Assembly: GCA_965644265.1 (NCBI GenBank)
Contig: OZ286465.1
Location: 89,652,001-89,716,000 of the forward strand
Direction: 5' to 3'
Length of the DNA: 64,000 nt
Source: Glycera tridactyla
Taxonomy: Eukaryota
Shown here piece after piece: positions 34,600-47,477 of this stretch; position 1 is the first letter of the stretch, and each line of letters begins with the position of its first letter. The translations under genes and the position numbers were made by a program. The notes below the pieces were generated by a model. It ran no database searches. It saw nothing but the letters and a program-made list of their open reading frames with translations, and was not told where the DNA came from.

Positions 34600-35130
34600 A
34601 TGTTCACTTCACCAGAAAGCAATCCAGATGTGTGCAAGAAGTTTGATCAGGGTTATCATGTAGTCAGATGCCAAGTATTCATGTGGTCTTGCCAGATTGA
34701 AGGGCAAGATAGAGGCATGATGGTTGATATGTGTTCTTCACATGCCTGCTTGTGCTGCTATTAATCAAGCAATGAATAATCTGCGGAATTTCATATCAAA
34801 CCAGTGACCACCACATGGACATGTGTAGGGCCAAACTGAATAGGGATGTCAGACACCCTCGAGATTATTGACCATCCCTCAGACAACAATATTAACAGTG
34901 ATAAGCCTGTGCTATCTAACATTGCTGATAGAATGGCAGCCCTTGAACGAGTAAGTGTCAACTGATCTACAGAGATTTGGCAAGATGTTTTGGCGACCAT
35001 TGTCCCAAAGTGTCTGGATGAATTCACGATTAGGAATGATAAACAAATGGTCACATTGGCTTTCACATCAATGCTAAAGATTGAAGGGAATCCATCGAAG
35101 TTGATGCACCACAATGCCATCACACATCCT
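34600..35130 (+). pseudogene. Decayed Academ-type transposase fragment
   Basis: Broken frames give KFDQGYHVVR, RGM, CAAINQAM, TSDHHMDMCRAKLNRD, DTLEII, LSNIA and KQMVTL...LKIEG, colinear with motifs recalled from Academ-like transposases. Confidence 0.55.
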
Positions 35131-35736
35131 GAAAACCCTAGTTGCAGCCCTAGTAACGCAGAACTGGTGTACCTGGTACCTGCCTTTTGCATAGTGACAA
35201 ATCTGCTACAGGCAAACTGTCAGCTACCTACACCTGAGACCATTTCACTGGATAGATAAGAAAGGTTGGTTGGTAGGTTGGTTGGTTGGGGTTTAACATC
35301 ACGTCAGCACCATCTGGGCTATATTGTGAAGGCCATGCAATGGGCATGGGTGGGATCTTCCAAGACTCCTTCTTCTGGGTCCCCAATGAAAGGTCAAATG
35401 ATATGAAATTCACAGACACTCAAGGTGCCATTTCAAAATGAGATAAGAAAGAGCTTAGAGGGATAAAAAATAGTTGAAGAAGAAGAAACCATGGCGAGAG
35501 AGTAATTTGGTAGAAAATGCCTAAAGACAGATGTCAAAAAAATCTTAAGGTATGTATTCATTCAACCCTCCACACCAAAAGCTATTGAGAAAAAGAGAAG
35601 GGGTGATGCCTCATCTAGGCCACATCATCCCTGATGGCAACACTTCAAAGAAATTGACCCCCGCCCATTGGTGGCTGCCATCGATAAAGACCCTGGACTC
35701 CCACCTTACCCAAGAACAGTGAGAAGATAGCATGTA

Positions 35737-35914
35737 CAGTGAAACCTGTCTTGGCATACCCCTCTTTTGGGAGAACACCCCCTAATGAGAGACCACTCTT
35801 TATTGGCTCTTCTCTATTTGACATAGTCAAATATACGGCCAATGACAGACCACCTCTTTTGAGAGACCACTTTTCATTGGCATTAGGAGCGGTCTCCTAA
35901 GATAGGTTTTATTG
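35737..35914. mobile_element. Tc1/mariner-type MITE nested in the Academ element
   Basis: TA-CAGTGAAACCT...AGGTTTTATTG-TA with internal GAGACCAC repeats. Confidence 0.7.
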
Positions 35915-38900
35915 TATATGATTCACTGACATAGCACAATTCAAGAGATTGAATCTTTTCATGTGATCTACTAGAAGTGATACTGCCACAGATGGATACA
36001 TGGCAGAAAAACACACTTTGATGAAAAGGATAGCAATGATGTATGATTACAAAACTGTTCTTGATGAGGCACATCCAGCTGGTCAAGATCATCAGAAATA
36101 TCTGGCAATTGCAAACAGCTCATTCTATGATGCACATCATACCAAAACAGATAACATCCAATAGCTTTGATCCCGCAGAAGGTTCAGATTTCTGCATGGC
36201 CTAATACTCATCCCATTGACACATTTTAATATCTCCACTTCACACCTGTCTTTATTGGAACATGTTGTTTTGTCGGTAATTACCAGGGATGCATAGCGGA
36301 CAAGAAGAGCCTCATCTAACCTTACTGATATACATATTTGTGTGTCGGCCCCCCCCCCCTTGCCAATAATAAGTTTGGCGGTGCAGACGTTTGGGAGAAA
36401 TACACCAGATACCTCAGCGCAGCTTCCTATCTCTGTAATTCCAGTTTCCTATACAGAAAGTCATTCAGAATACTGACTTACTTATGTAAGTTAGTTAGCC
36501 AAGGACCGCCATGTCCCCTGTGACTTGCTAATTCCTACCCACCAAATAATATGTTCACACAAATATAGGTGTGAGGATAGGTCATTTGTGGTCAACATCC
36601 TCGCAAACATTAGTCAAGTGACTAGCCAAAGACAGCCTCACTGAGGCAAGGTGACGACTGGATGGATCAGCTTTCTCTCCCTCTGAGGTATCGTCGCCAA
36701 TGTTCGGGATTTGACCAGAGTGAGCAAGGCATCTTTCAGTACATGCCATCAGCTTTCAGGACTCTGTGTGTTTTTGTTATGGCTGTCATAAACATGTGAT
36801 TTTTTAAATTCATTTTTCTGACGTTGTTCTCTTTTTTTATGGCCCCCATGCATATATAGACCCTGTCGAGTCTCCGCCAACTATTGATATCAAGTCGGCA
36901 GTGTTGATATATACTCCACCCCTTATAGGCATCCTTCACAACCAATGTCACATGCTCAATGCCCTCTCCAGAGGTACAATCAAACATATTTAAAGGGCCA
37001 AAGTTGAAACAGATTATCATCCAGATTGTTAATCATTCGAAAAACCGGGCCCAGGTGACATCAAGCATCCCGTCTTACTTTTTTCTCACGATCGAATATT
37101 TACTTTAAAAAAGTGGACTAAACACAGGAGTCACCAAAACGCAGGCCTAAAAAGGGGACATATTGATCAGTTCATGAACACTGAAAAGTGTCAAAGTTCA
37201 AGATTCACCAGATTGCGGAACCTATCGTACCTGCTATATGTATTCCTGTAGTGGTCGCTTAACCAGGGCAAACTGTTTTCATCAACAACTCGTTGTACTA
37301 CCTATCTATCTATCTATCCATCCATCCATCCATTCATCCATCCATCTATCTATCTATCGATGTCCCTGTCATATGTAGTAGTGTGGAATCTTTGATTGTG
37401 CAATCACAGGTTTGGCCATCAAATGTGAAAATGGAATCGTCACATTTATTCCCTATATAGACAAGTAGAATCTACCATCGAATGTTGAGCCTGGTAACCA
37501 ACAAATTCAATAAGAATGGACACCTCCATTGATGATAAAAAGTATATCAAGAGTAGAATTTGGTGGCATCATCATTCAGAATATCAGCTGGATACCTGCT
37601 TGAGATATCACTGAATGTAGAGCTGCTTAAAACACAGTTTCACTTTCATTTCACAGATATTTCAACAACCACTGGTGATACGGCCATGATCGACTAAGTT
37701 GGATACGTTACCCATCACTAGGAAATCTCTCTTGAATATTAGAATATACCTACTTTCAATGTATCAGGTTGCTATACATCCAGCTGTCATTTAGACATCC
37801 TAGTGTGATGATGGACACCGCACAAAACAGTATGGCATCCAGTGGGGCATTCTTCAAATCCCTTAGTCAATAGAATGAGAAACAACACCGGCTATTCTGT
37901 GTGGCATTAAAGTTGGTATTCAATCACTAGACAGCCAATCCCTGCTGAATCAATGAGTGGGGTAATTAGTGGAGATCATTTGTTGATCATCTTCTTCCTT
38001 GAAGTTAGTGAGGGTATTAGCCAGTGGCCATCACAGCATGGTTGAGGTAAACTCACCTGCTGACTTATAGCTTGCTGATAACCTACAATGCTCGATAACA
38101 TCAGAACCAGTATGAAGGATGATTTATTCATTGGCATCAATCATCTCTAGAATATGGTTGTGTCCTATACTGAAATCCATTTCTTCATCTTTGAAGATAA
38201 TGATGAATTGCAGCATTCCAGAAATTTTTGTCTTCAATTGAAGTTCTGATTATGAAATTCCTTAAAAGACAGCTGGCAATAATCATTTTGATACAAAATA
38301 TAAGTGGAAATAATTTCCTTGAAAAATCAGTTTGAGATATCCAGGAAAGCTTACAAGTTAACAGTGTGGAATCATTTAAGGACATGCTGAAACAACCAGT
38401 CCAGGCTATTTGTCTCATCTCTAGAAATTGCAGTCTATGCTATTCTTCTAGCTCCGGAAAAAATTGGACTGGTTGATTTTGGCTGGCTGAATAACATTCA
38501 ACCTACTTTCATTGCATCAAGCATGCCGAATGTAGAAAGTGATCTTTATATACTGTATATGTATTACTAGTCGGGTCAGTGCAACCTTGGCAAACTGCAA
38601 AATCATTGACAAAATGGATAAAAAATATCAAAATATTACTGATTTTTCAAAGTGCAACGATTTTTTTGATCTCCAATCGAATTCTGATGATTTTAATCTG
38701 ATGCCCCAAGCTTGAAATAGCCATCGTGGAATTTTGAATCATGCTAATCAGTCATACAGTTGCCGAGATATACTAAAATAGAGCTATTGGCGGTCATTTT
38801 GGATTTATGCAAATGAGGCCTATTTCCCGTGCTTGGAATTCTTGGGACTTTCAGTATGCTGTTTTGTAGATCTTGAAGAAATGCATTGTCGTGAAAAAAT

Positions 38901-39744
38901 TCTATTGTAATTTATTCCATGTGAAACCGTAGATTGCCTGGACTAGTTGGTCAGACATTCAGTCAGTCANNNNNNNNNNNNNNNNNNNNNNNNNNNNNNN
39001 NNNNNNNNNNNNNNNNNNNNNNNNNNNNNNNNNNNNNNNNNNNNNNNNNNNNNNNNNNNNNNNNNNNNNNNNNNNNNNNNNNNNNNNNNNNNNNNNNNNN
39101 NNNNNNNNNNNNNNNNNNNNNNNNACTGAGTGTGTGAGTAACTAGGTGGGTGGGTGAATGAGCTGGTATGAACTAGTGTGTAAATGAGTGAGTGGCTAAT
39201 ACACTCACCAACTCACCGATTGACCAAATCAACGTACGACAGAACAAACGATTGACCAATTAGCTGTGAATGACTGGTAGGATGAGCAAGGAAAGGGTTG
39301 GACGACCGACTGGCCAGCTAGCTAGAGAGACAGGGGTCTCACCCACAATCTACATGACGCATTGCCAGGAGCCAAATGAGACAGACACGTAGAGAGACGC
39401 TCCATATTAGTGATGCATACCATTATTCCTTGGTGCAGGGATTGTTGATTGTAGCCTGCAGTATAACTGGTCGTAGGATGCTGCTTCTGTAACAAAAACT
39501 TCTTTCGCGACAACATCAGGTCGTACTCTCTACACACGGATAGCATGCTATCAAAATGTTTGACCATCTTCGCGCTCTAGCTGTTAATGCTAGTCAGAAG
39601 TAGACAGCCTTATATCCCAACAATAAGAATCTAATTTGAGATTGTAGTTTCTCCTGAACATTGAATGGAATAATCACTGATACATTCATATGGTCAAGTG
39701 GTGCAGCTTCATTTTGCAAGATTTTATATTTTGTTTACTTCATT

Positions 39745-40145
39745 CATGGTTGCCATGGCAACAATGGAAACAGCAGATTTGTACCTGAAATGATACATTT
39801 GTCTATGGCGCCAGCTATTCATTCTATATGAATTCAAATTTTTTGCCCAGAGAAATTTAGTGACCTAGTCTGAGTAATACAACATGAGGGGGATTTGCGT
39901 ATCACACATAGTGTTATGGAATTTTGGGCAAATTTGGGATAATTTCAACATTTCAGGTTGAATATCTCCCACAGGAGAGCACAAATCAAAATCCCCCAGA
40001 TACAGGCGTAGAGAGTCGATGTATGTCTAGTTTGATTATTGCAAATAATTGACCTAATATCTATAGTTAGATGGCGCCATAGTCAAATGTCAAATTCTGG
40101 TTTAAAAATCCTTGTTTCCATGGTCACCATGGCAACCAGGGTCAT
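39745..40145. repeat. Imperfect inverted repeat (~75-bp arms), probable MITE remnant
   Basis: TGGTTGCCATGGCAACAATGGAAACA...CATTTGTCTATGGCGCCA is mirrored by TGGCGCCATAGTCAAATG...TGTTTCCATGGTCACCATGGCAACCA. Confidence 0.6.
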
Positions 40146-42262
40146 GGTAACCATGGCATTTTGATATCTCTCGAAAGTCAAACATCCAACGCGTCAAGCT
40201 ATCACAATCATCATTTGGTACTACAAGCAGAAATTTGGTGAGATCTAATATCAGACTAGCAAGTTCATGCAACTATTGAGTTCTCTCCAAACTGCATTAA
40301 CTGCTTGAGGAGTGTCAGAGGATAATCTTGTGGTAATGACGACTAAGATGAATATTCATTTATTCCCCTCTGAATTTTAATCGTATTGTGATTGTGATGT
40401 ACATATCCTCACGAGTTTGTATTCGTTGTTCTTCAACAATTTGCATGAATGTGTATAATTGATTGATTGATTGATTGATTGATCGATATTTCTCTATTTG
40501 ATTTTGTCATATCACAATTACCACAAACAACCTCGTGGCATCTTCAGGTAGACAAACATTCATAAACATTCTATTGAGTGTCATGGGTCATAATCTTTAT
40601 CCAATACACATACATTAGTATGGAAATTGTGACTATTCCAACCATTGTTGTACCTCATTTGAGACAGTTGTGCGCTATCCATAGAACATGTTGTGTAAAA
40701 CAAGTGACACTCCATTATCGCTACATGCACACATATTTAGATATTCATTGCGATACCTACTTCTGTCAGAGACACGTACCACACCCATGGACTAGTGACG
40801 TCACATTCTCTGTCATCCGCCATTCTCACTCTAGAGAATCCCGGGCAATCGGTATGATCAATTATGTCTTTCGCCATCGTACATTGCATATCATGTAGAC
40901 AAGCGTCCGGCCTCTGCACCTGTGTGGCGGTGAATAAAGATATGTTTATTTTCATACCCGCATACTGCGGCGACGATGCGCAGACGTGACATAACAGCCG
41001 ACGTCATCGTGACGTCATAGGAGAGAACAATTGGATGTTCATATATGGAGAGCATACACTTTATACTGAGATTTGATTGGCTGATCCATTCCACTGAGTT
41101 TCCTGCGTCTCACTCCAAGGATATTCTCATGGGACCCATTAATTGTAATGGATCTCACCTATCCACAGTTCCACATTCCTATGACTCGTCAGATACTGGT
41201 GGTGCTGAGAGTTTTATTGGGAGTTGGGTTTGATCCCAAAATGTCACTTATGGTGGCAAATTACCTTTTTATCCATTGTCCTTTTTGGTGCATAATGTAT
41301 GCTCCTAGTATGCCGGCTGGCACAGGGGTGTATCTCTGACTGATGTTTCCATACTTGAGTGTAAATGGGCAAATATTATCTCTCATAAATATCAAGAATT
41401 ATGTGGATATAGAAATTAATTGAATAAAAGTCGTCCATTCAATCTTCAATTCATCCATCCATCCATCCATCCAGTCAGTCAGCCATTCATGCATTCGTTC
41501 TTCCATTCATCCATTCGGCCATTCAACCAGTCACTCATATATCCATCCATTTGTCCGTATTCTCATGATATAGTTGATGGAGGCATGGTGCTATAAGGCT
41601 CCATAAGGCTTCGGAAATTTTATTGTCTGATGAGATGTACCAACCAGCACATATCTCAGTATAACATATGGTGATAAGAACACTGACAGCTGTAGTGGGG
41701 ATTTTCTCAGCAGTGCAAGCAATGAAGACAACGCCGGCATGGGAAATGATGTCGCAAATGAGTCAATTTAGGAAAGACGATTGATGGTGAATAACTCAGA
41801 AAACTAGGTCTCTGGGCGGGCCGCAAATGACTTTGAAGCTCAAATGATATAGACATTGGTTGCTTGATTGCTTTTCGTATCCACGGCTTCGCACCCCTTC
41901 ACATTCTGTTGAGGAGTAAGCGAAAGACAGCTGGTGGACATGTCGGGATACAAACGTGCAACCATGCAACCTCAACCAACATAGTTGGCTACCCCCGCCC
42001 CTCCACAAAAATGGACTGCGCTAATTACAAACATCACAACTTCTGTAGTTGTATAATGAGACAATCTTGACACTATTAGTGCCCACATATCGCAGCGATG
42101 GGAGGCAAACCTGTTATTTCCACATTAGGTGAAGGCTGTGATATAGATTTGAGTCAGTTATTGACATGATTTTTCTGGTATATTCCACACAAACATTTCT
42201 TTAAAGATGTAGTTAACTGTATAACGAGCAGATCACCACTCTTCTAAGGTAGGTGGCTGCTT

Positions 42263-43196
42263 CATAGATGTACTGTCTCGAGCATGGCAAGCTCCTCTTC
42301 TCATAGATGTACTGTCTCAAGCATGGCAAGCTCCTCTTCTCATAGATGTACTGTCTCAAGCATGGCAAGCTCCTCTACCCATAGATGTACTGTCTCAAGC
42401 ATGGCAAGCTCCTCTTCTCATAGATGTACTGTCTCAAGCATGGCAAGCTCCTCTTCTCATAGATGTACTGTCTCAAGCATGGCAAGCTCCTCTTCTCATA
42501 GATGTACTGTCTCAAGCATGGCAAGCTCCTCTTCTCATAGATGTACTGTCTCAAGCATGGCAAGCTCCTCTTCTCATAGATGTACTGTCTCAAGGATGGC
42601 AAGCTCCTCTTCTCATAGATGTACTGTCTCAAGCATGGCAAGCTCCTCTTCTCATAGATATACTGTCTCAAGCATGGCAAGCTCCTCTTCTCATAGATGT
42701 ACTGTCTCAAGCATGGCAAGCTCCTCTTCTCATAGATGTACTGTCTCAAGCATGGCAAGCTCCTCTTCTCATAGATGTACTGTCTCAAGCATGGCAAGCT
42801 CCTCTTCTCATAGATGTACTGTCTCAAGCATGGCAAGCTCCTCTTCTCATAGATGTACTGTCTCAAGCATGGCAAGCTCCTCTTCTCATAGATGTACTGT
42901 CTCAAGGATGGCAAGCTCCTCTTCTCATAGATGTACTGTCTCAAGCATGGCAAGCTCCTCTTCTCATAGATGTACTGTCTCAAGCATGGCAAGCTTCTCT
43001 TCTCATAGATGTACTGTCTCAAGCATGGCAAGCTCCTCTTCTCATAGATGTACTGTCTCAAGCATGGCAAGCTCCTCTTCTCATATATGTACTGTCTCAA
43101 GCATGGCAAGCTCCTCTTATCATAGATGTACTGTCTCAAGCATGGCAAGCTCCTCTTCTCATAGATGTACTGTCACAAGCATGGCAAGCTCCTCTC
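42263..43196. repeat. 39-bp minisatellite, ~24 copies
   Basis: Unit CATAGATGTACTGTCTCAAGCATGGCAAGCTCCTCTTCT, nearly homogeneous. Confidence 0.97.
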
Positions 43197-45369
43197 CTCT
43201 GGTTGGTCGTTTTATGTCCCGGAGGCTCCCTCTGGGCTATAATGAGATAATGTTTCTCGAAAGTGACTGCAAACACATTGTGATATGATCTATGGTGCAT
43301 TTCTGAGATAAGGCATGTGGGGACCCCAACACACAGAAAATATACCTACAAACAGAGAAGCATACATGCATACGCACACAGACTCACATACAGACGGACA
43401 GACAGGCAAACAGATAGACAGACAGAGGATGATTACAATCATTCTTCTGACATATAGCTCATCACGAATGGATGCTTTTGGAGTTCTTCCTTTTCTGTGT
43501 AAATTCACACAGCGCATAACCAACACACATTTTTTAGATGGTGTATGCAGTCAAACCTGCTCATGAACTAATGATATAAACTATGGATGGAACATTGAAC
43601 GTGGCTCGGTGGTAAAGGATGGCTATAAGGGGTGGAGTACATATCGACACTGCCGACTCGAAATTAGATAATAATGGAGACTTGACAGTGTCTGTATATG
43701 CACGGAGGCCATTTAAAAGAGTGTCTGAAGAGGCCATCTGTCTACAAAGACCACATTCGAATGTAAACAAGAGTGGTCTCTTTGGACAGGTGACACTGTA
43801 CATAACAATATACTCCTGCACTGATCAGTGGGATTAATTGCATTCAATTCTTGTGACGAGATTGTCATTCATTCATCACCACGTTACTTCAACAGTCCTC
43901 TTGTGTGTTCAGCTGATGACCAGTTCACTGCTAGCGAACACATAACTGCATCCAGCAGGCTTCACAGTGAACCTGATACAAGCGCAGCATACACCATCAA
44001 CACTATCACCTGTCACAAATCAGAGAGTTCTGATCCACATATGATATGCACCGAGGTGGTCCTTAACATGACATCCAGAGGGTCATCCCAGACCGTACAA
44101 CCTCCGAATGTGGCAGTCACCTTGGAAACCATGGATGCTACCCTTGTTGCTAGTGCCTATCAATGGAGAGCAGAGAAGAACTGGAGTTCATGCACTCAGC
44201 AATCACCATATGACATCTTAATTAATTGTCGGATTTCGAGCCTTGTGCACAGGTAAATTCCACAAGCATACTACGCCCATGTGAAAGTCGTGGGCGAGAT
44301 CATTCAAGACTACTACTCCGGAATACCCAACCGAATATAGCAATTCATAAAAATCATCCAAGTTCACCTGAAGTAGCTTTATTTACGAAAAGGATATATG
44401 CTATCTCGTCGAGTCAAAATTGCCAGGAACCTGATAATAGGTATGTTGGTAGAGAAAACTATTCAGCCTGTGCTGGTGATGTTGGTGATAGTGAGGGAAT
44501 GGTATCGATCATGGTAGTCATGGTTGAGTTGTTGAGAGGTGTGGTGGTAGGAGTGCCGTATGGTTGATGTGACATGGATGGGGATCGAACTTTCTATCCG
44601 CACTACCAGTTGAGAGAGAATTGTGAAGAAGATGTCTATGCATTAGCTGACACAACTTCTACAAAAATCTGCAGATAGAACATGTACATTCACTTGGCAT
44701 TGTGAGTATTAGCAGCTGCACGTCCATCCCAATTTCAGTCAATTTCAGCAATCCCAAAAAGGGTTGGCCATGTATCCATATTCAATTGAACGTGGGCAAA
44801 TTTATACCAAGACAGATGTTCTCACTAGTCCAGTGTAATGATAAAGTGTTCAGAAACAATGAAACACTCTCACACCCACACGCATGCACACACAAACGAA
44901 CAAACGGATACGAATCCACATGCACTCACACTCATACACCCATCCCTGTGAGAGAGACTGGTCTCCCATCTTCAGTGATGAGGCTGATCATGACTATCAT
45001 GGGTCCATTGTATAAGACCAAAATGGGTACTTGCTTTTTAATTGAAATCTGCCCCTACATTTCTCTTTGTTTACACTACCGTTATGACCTTCTATGACCC
45101 TCGGATGATGGCATTAGGGTGGAGTCAATGCTATCGATGCAAGTTCATTATGATGGTTTGTGTGATCTAACGAATCAAATTGTTCGAATCACAATTGTAG
45201 GCAATTGGGTTCTGATCAGGTTAGGTCGGTTTCGGAAGCCCGCTGTCATCGTTAACGTTTCTTGTTCTGTTTCATGCTCTCGCCTCATCTGAAGTACTGG
45301 GGTTTGAAAGTGAACACCCAGCGTTCGGATTGATTCACTAATCAGCAGCAACAAAATCCCGGACGCTCT

Positions 45370-45584
45370 GTGATAATGATAATAATACAAATGATTGTAA
45401 TGATGATAATGATTATTATAATAATAACGATGATCCTGATAATGATAGTAATAATTATAATGATGATAATAATTATGATAATGATGATGATAATAATAAT
45501 GGTAATGATGATAAAATGATAATAATAATGTTGATAATAATTAGAATAATGATAATGATAATAATAATAATGATAATAATAACA

Positions 45585-45619
<35 letters not shown>

Positions 45620-45620
45620 A
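45370..45620. repeat. (ATA)/(ATG) microsatellite
   Basis: Direct reading. Confidence 0.85.
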
Positions 45621-46002
45621 TCTATCCAGCACTCATGACAGAGAAGATATTAATGCTGTCAGAATACTGAAGTTTCCTTAAGTTATTTCAATTGAATATC
45701 TGAATAGTTGAGAACTCGGATATGACATAGATATTTCAAGCGTTTTACACTGGTTGAGTTCAATGGGTAGTGCACTTTGTGCAGCAGCAATATTAGATGG
45801 ATTGTTCTCTCATGATTCCGAAAATGAAAAAAAAACACAGTCAGAACGGCATGAGCATCTCTATCAACCTATTGCTAAAAGAAACGGGCTCAGAATCTGG
45901 AATGGATTTTCAGTTTTCGTTGAAATTTCGCAATTCTGTCCGATTCTAGAACGAACCAGACTGATACACGTATATAGCATTTCTCTTTTGTGCTGTTTTC
46001 AG

Positions 46003-46156
46003 TGACACCAGCCTGGGCCACTTTGCTACTCGGGCTATTCACTCTGGTTCTCTTCTTACTGATGCTGTTCTCCTGGGTACTCTTCTTTACTGATCATAGC
46101 AAGTGTTGTGGACAGCGAATGTGCCGGCAAGTCTGCAAAAGATGCTGCAATCAGAG
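46003..46156 (+). CDS. Host exon: transmembrane helix plus Cys-rich juxtamembrane segment
   Basis: Acceptor TTTTGTGCTGTTTTCAG, donor AG|GTGAGA. Encodes TPAWATLLLGLFTLVLFLLMLFSWVLFFTDHSKCCGQRMCRQVCKRCCNQ. Ends in phase 2. Confidence 0.65.
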
Positions 46157-47275
46157 GTGAGAAGCAAGCAATATGATAGTCTTTGTCGTAGAAGCACTGA
46201 CATTGTCAGTATGATGTGTGTGATATCGTCATCAGATTCTCTTCGTCATTATGGTCGTATTAGATAGATAGATATTTCTTTAATTCAGTTCGTCTATAAA
46301 ATGAATACAATTGCCCTCGAGCGGCTTCTGTCATGAGTGTTTCTCGTGAGATTACGTGACCAATGTCCTTGTTGGATTCTCTTGATTTCATCCAAATAGG
46401 TGTACCTACATATTAAACTTCATCGATCGTACTATTAAAAGGTACCTCGTTCATACTGCAGTTGGAATGCTGAGAGGTAGAAACCATTGAGGGCAGCTCA
46501 ACTGAAATTCAATCCCTACAAGCGGGGTTAGGCCCAATGAATCGAGGGGTATTCATTACTATCGCTATCATATCTTTGATGGGTTTCCATTAGATCTGCC
46601 ATCATGTTCGCCATTGATCGTGTTGCCAGGCATCCCTCTGATTCATTCAGAGGCTCCAATTTCAAGCATTTACACGAGACTGTTTACTCTTTACCGGATG
46701 TCGTATCAAAAGAACAAATGATATTACATGAGTCAATACATATTGATATACCCTTCAACCTTGTTTCTTTGATACAATAATCTTAGATATTATTGCATCA
46801 ATGCAGAAAGGATGTTTCAAGAATATATGATGATAAGAAAATAGAGAACGCCTTGACATTAAATTCCCCGAATTTGTATGCTGCATAAATGGCGTATGAT
46901 GAGCCATTGGTAGTGTGAGTATATTTGGGGAAGATTGGTTGATTCATGTTTAACGGCATATATCAACCCAGTGGATTATGTATACTGTATGTTTCTGGNN
47001 NNNNNNNNNNNNNNNNNNNNNNNNNNNNNNNNNNNNNNNNNNNNNNNNNNNNNNNNNNNNNNNNNNNNNNNNNNNNNNNNNNNNNNNNNNNNNNNNNNNN
47101 NNNNNNNNNNNNNNNNNNNNNNNNNNNNNNNNNNNNTCTCGCCACTAAATCATCGTGACGTCCACAGCGGACAGATTAGGAATTCAATATGATTCTTGCT
47201 GGAGATCCAACCCTTCACGCACAGTGAATTTTCCCCACGTCCATACTGATCGTCTTATATGTATTCTGATTACAG

Positions 47276-47477
47276 GGAGGATGGAGAAGGAATTGTGATG
47301 GCTATCGAAGAAGAGGATACCTCGTTTCCAGGTGGAGATGCGCCGTTATTTCATCCCCAACATATCGAATATCACTCCACACAGCATCATGTTACTTATG
47401 CACATGCATCAGACGAGAGCGAGCACTCAGACGTTACATGCACCGATACCATAGACAGCTTCTCACAACAAACCTGA
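47276..47477 (+). CDS. Host terminal exon: acidic cytoplasmic tail
   Basis: Acceptor TATTCTGATTACAG in phase 2, matching the 46156 donor. Gives R-EDGEGIVMAIEEEDTSF...SQQT*. Confidence 0.6.

Larger units (their letters stand above)
33738..38945. mobile_element. Academ-like DNA transposon, decayed
   Basis: Termini TAGTCCAGGCAATC...GATTGCCTGGACTA. The imperfect TIR extends over 100 bp (AAAGTCCCAAGAA.TCCAAGCAC.GGAAATAG). GTT duplicated at 33735-33737 and 38946-38948. TAG ends with a 3-4 bp TSD are the recalled Academ signature. Confidence 0.8.

Noticed and set aside
35250-35440. SINE-like tail and a segment shared with about 56140-56205; B-box-like motifs near 39330, 41225 and 44580
   Set aside because: Too short and degenerate to define an element, and no tRNA cloverleaf.
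42263-43288. 334-aa and 257-aa ORFs (MASSSSHRCTVSS / LPCLRQYIYEKRS repeats)
   Set aside because: Products of a 39-bp unit that is a multiple of 3. Open on both strands, with no splice or start context.
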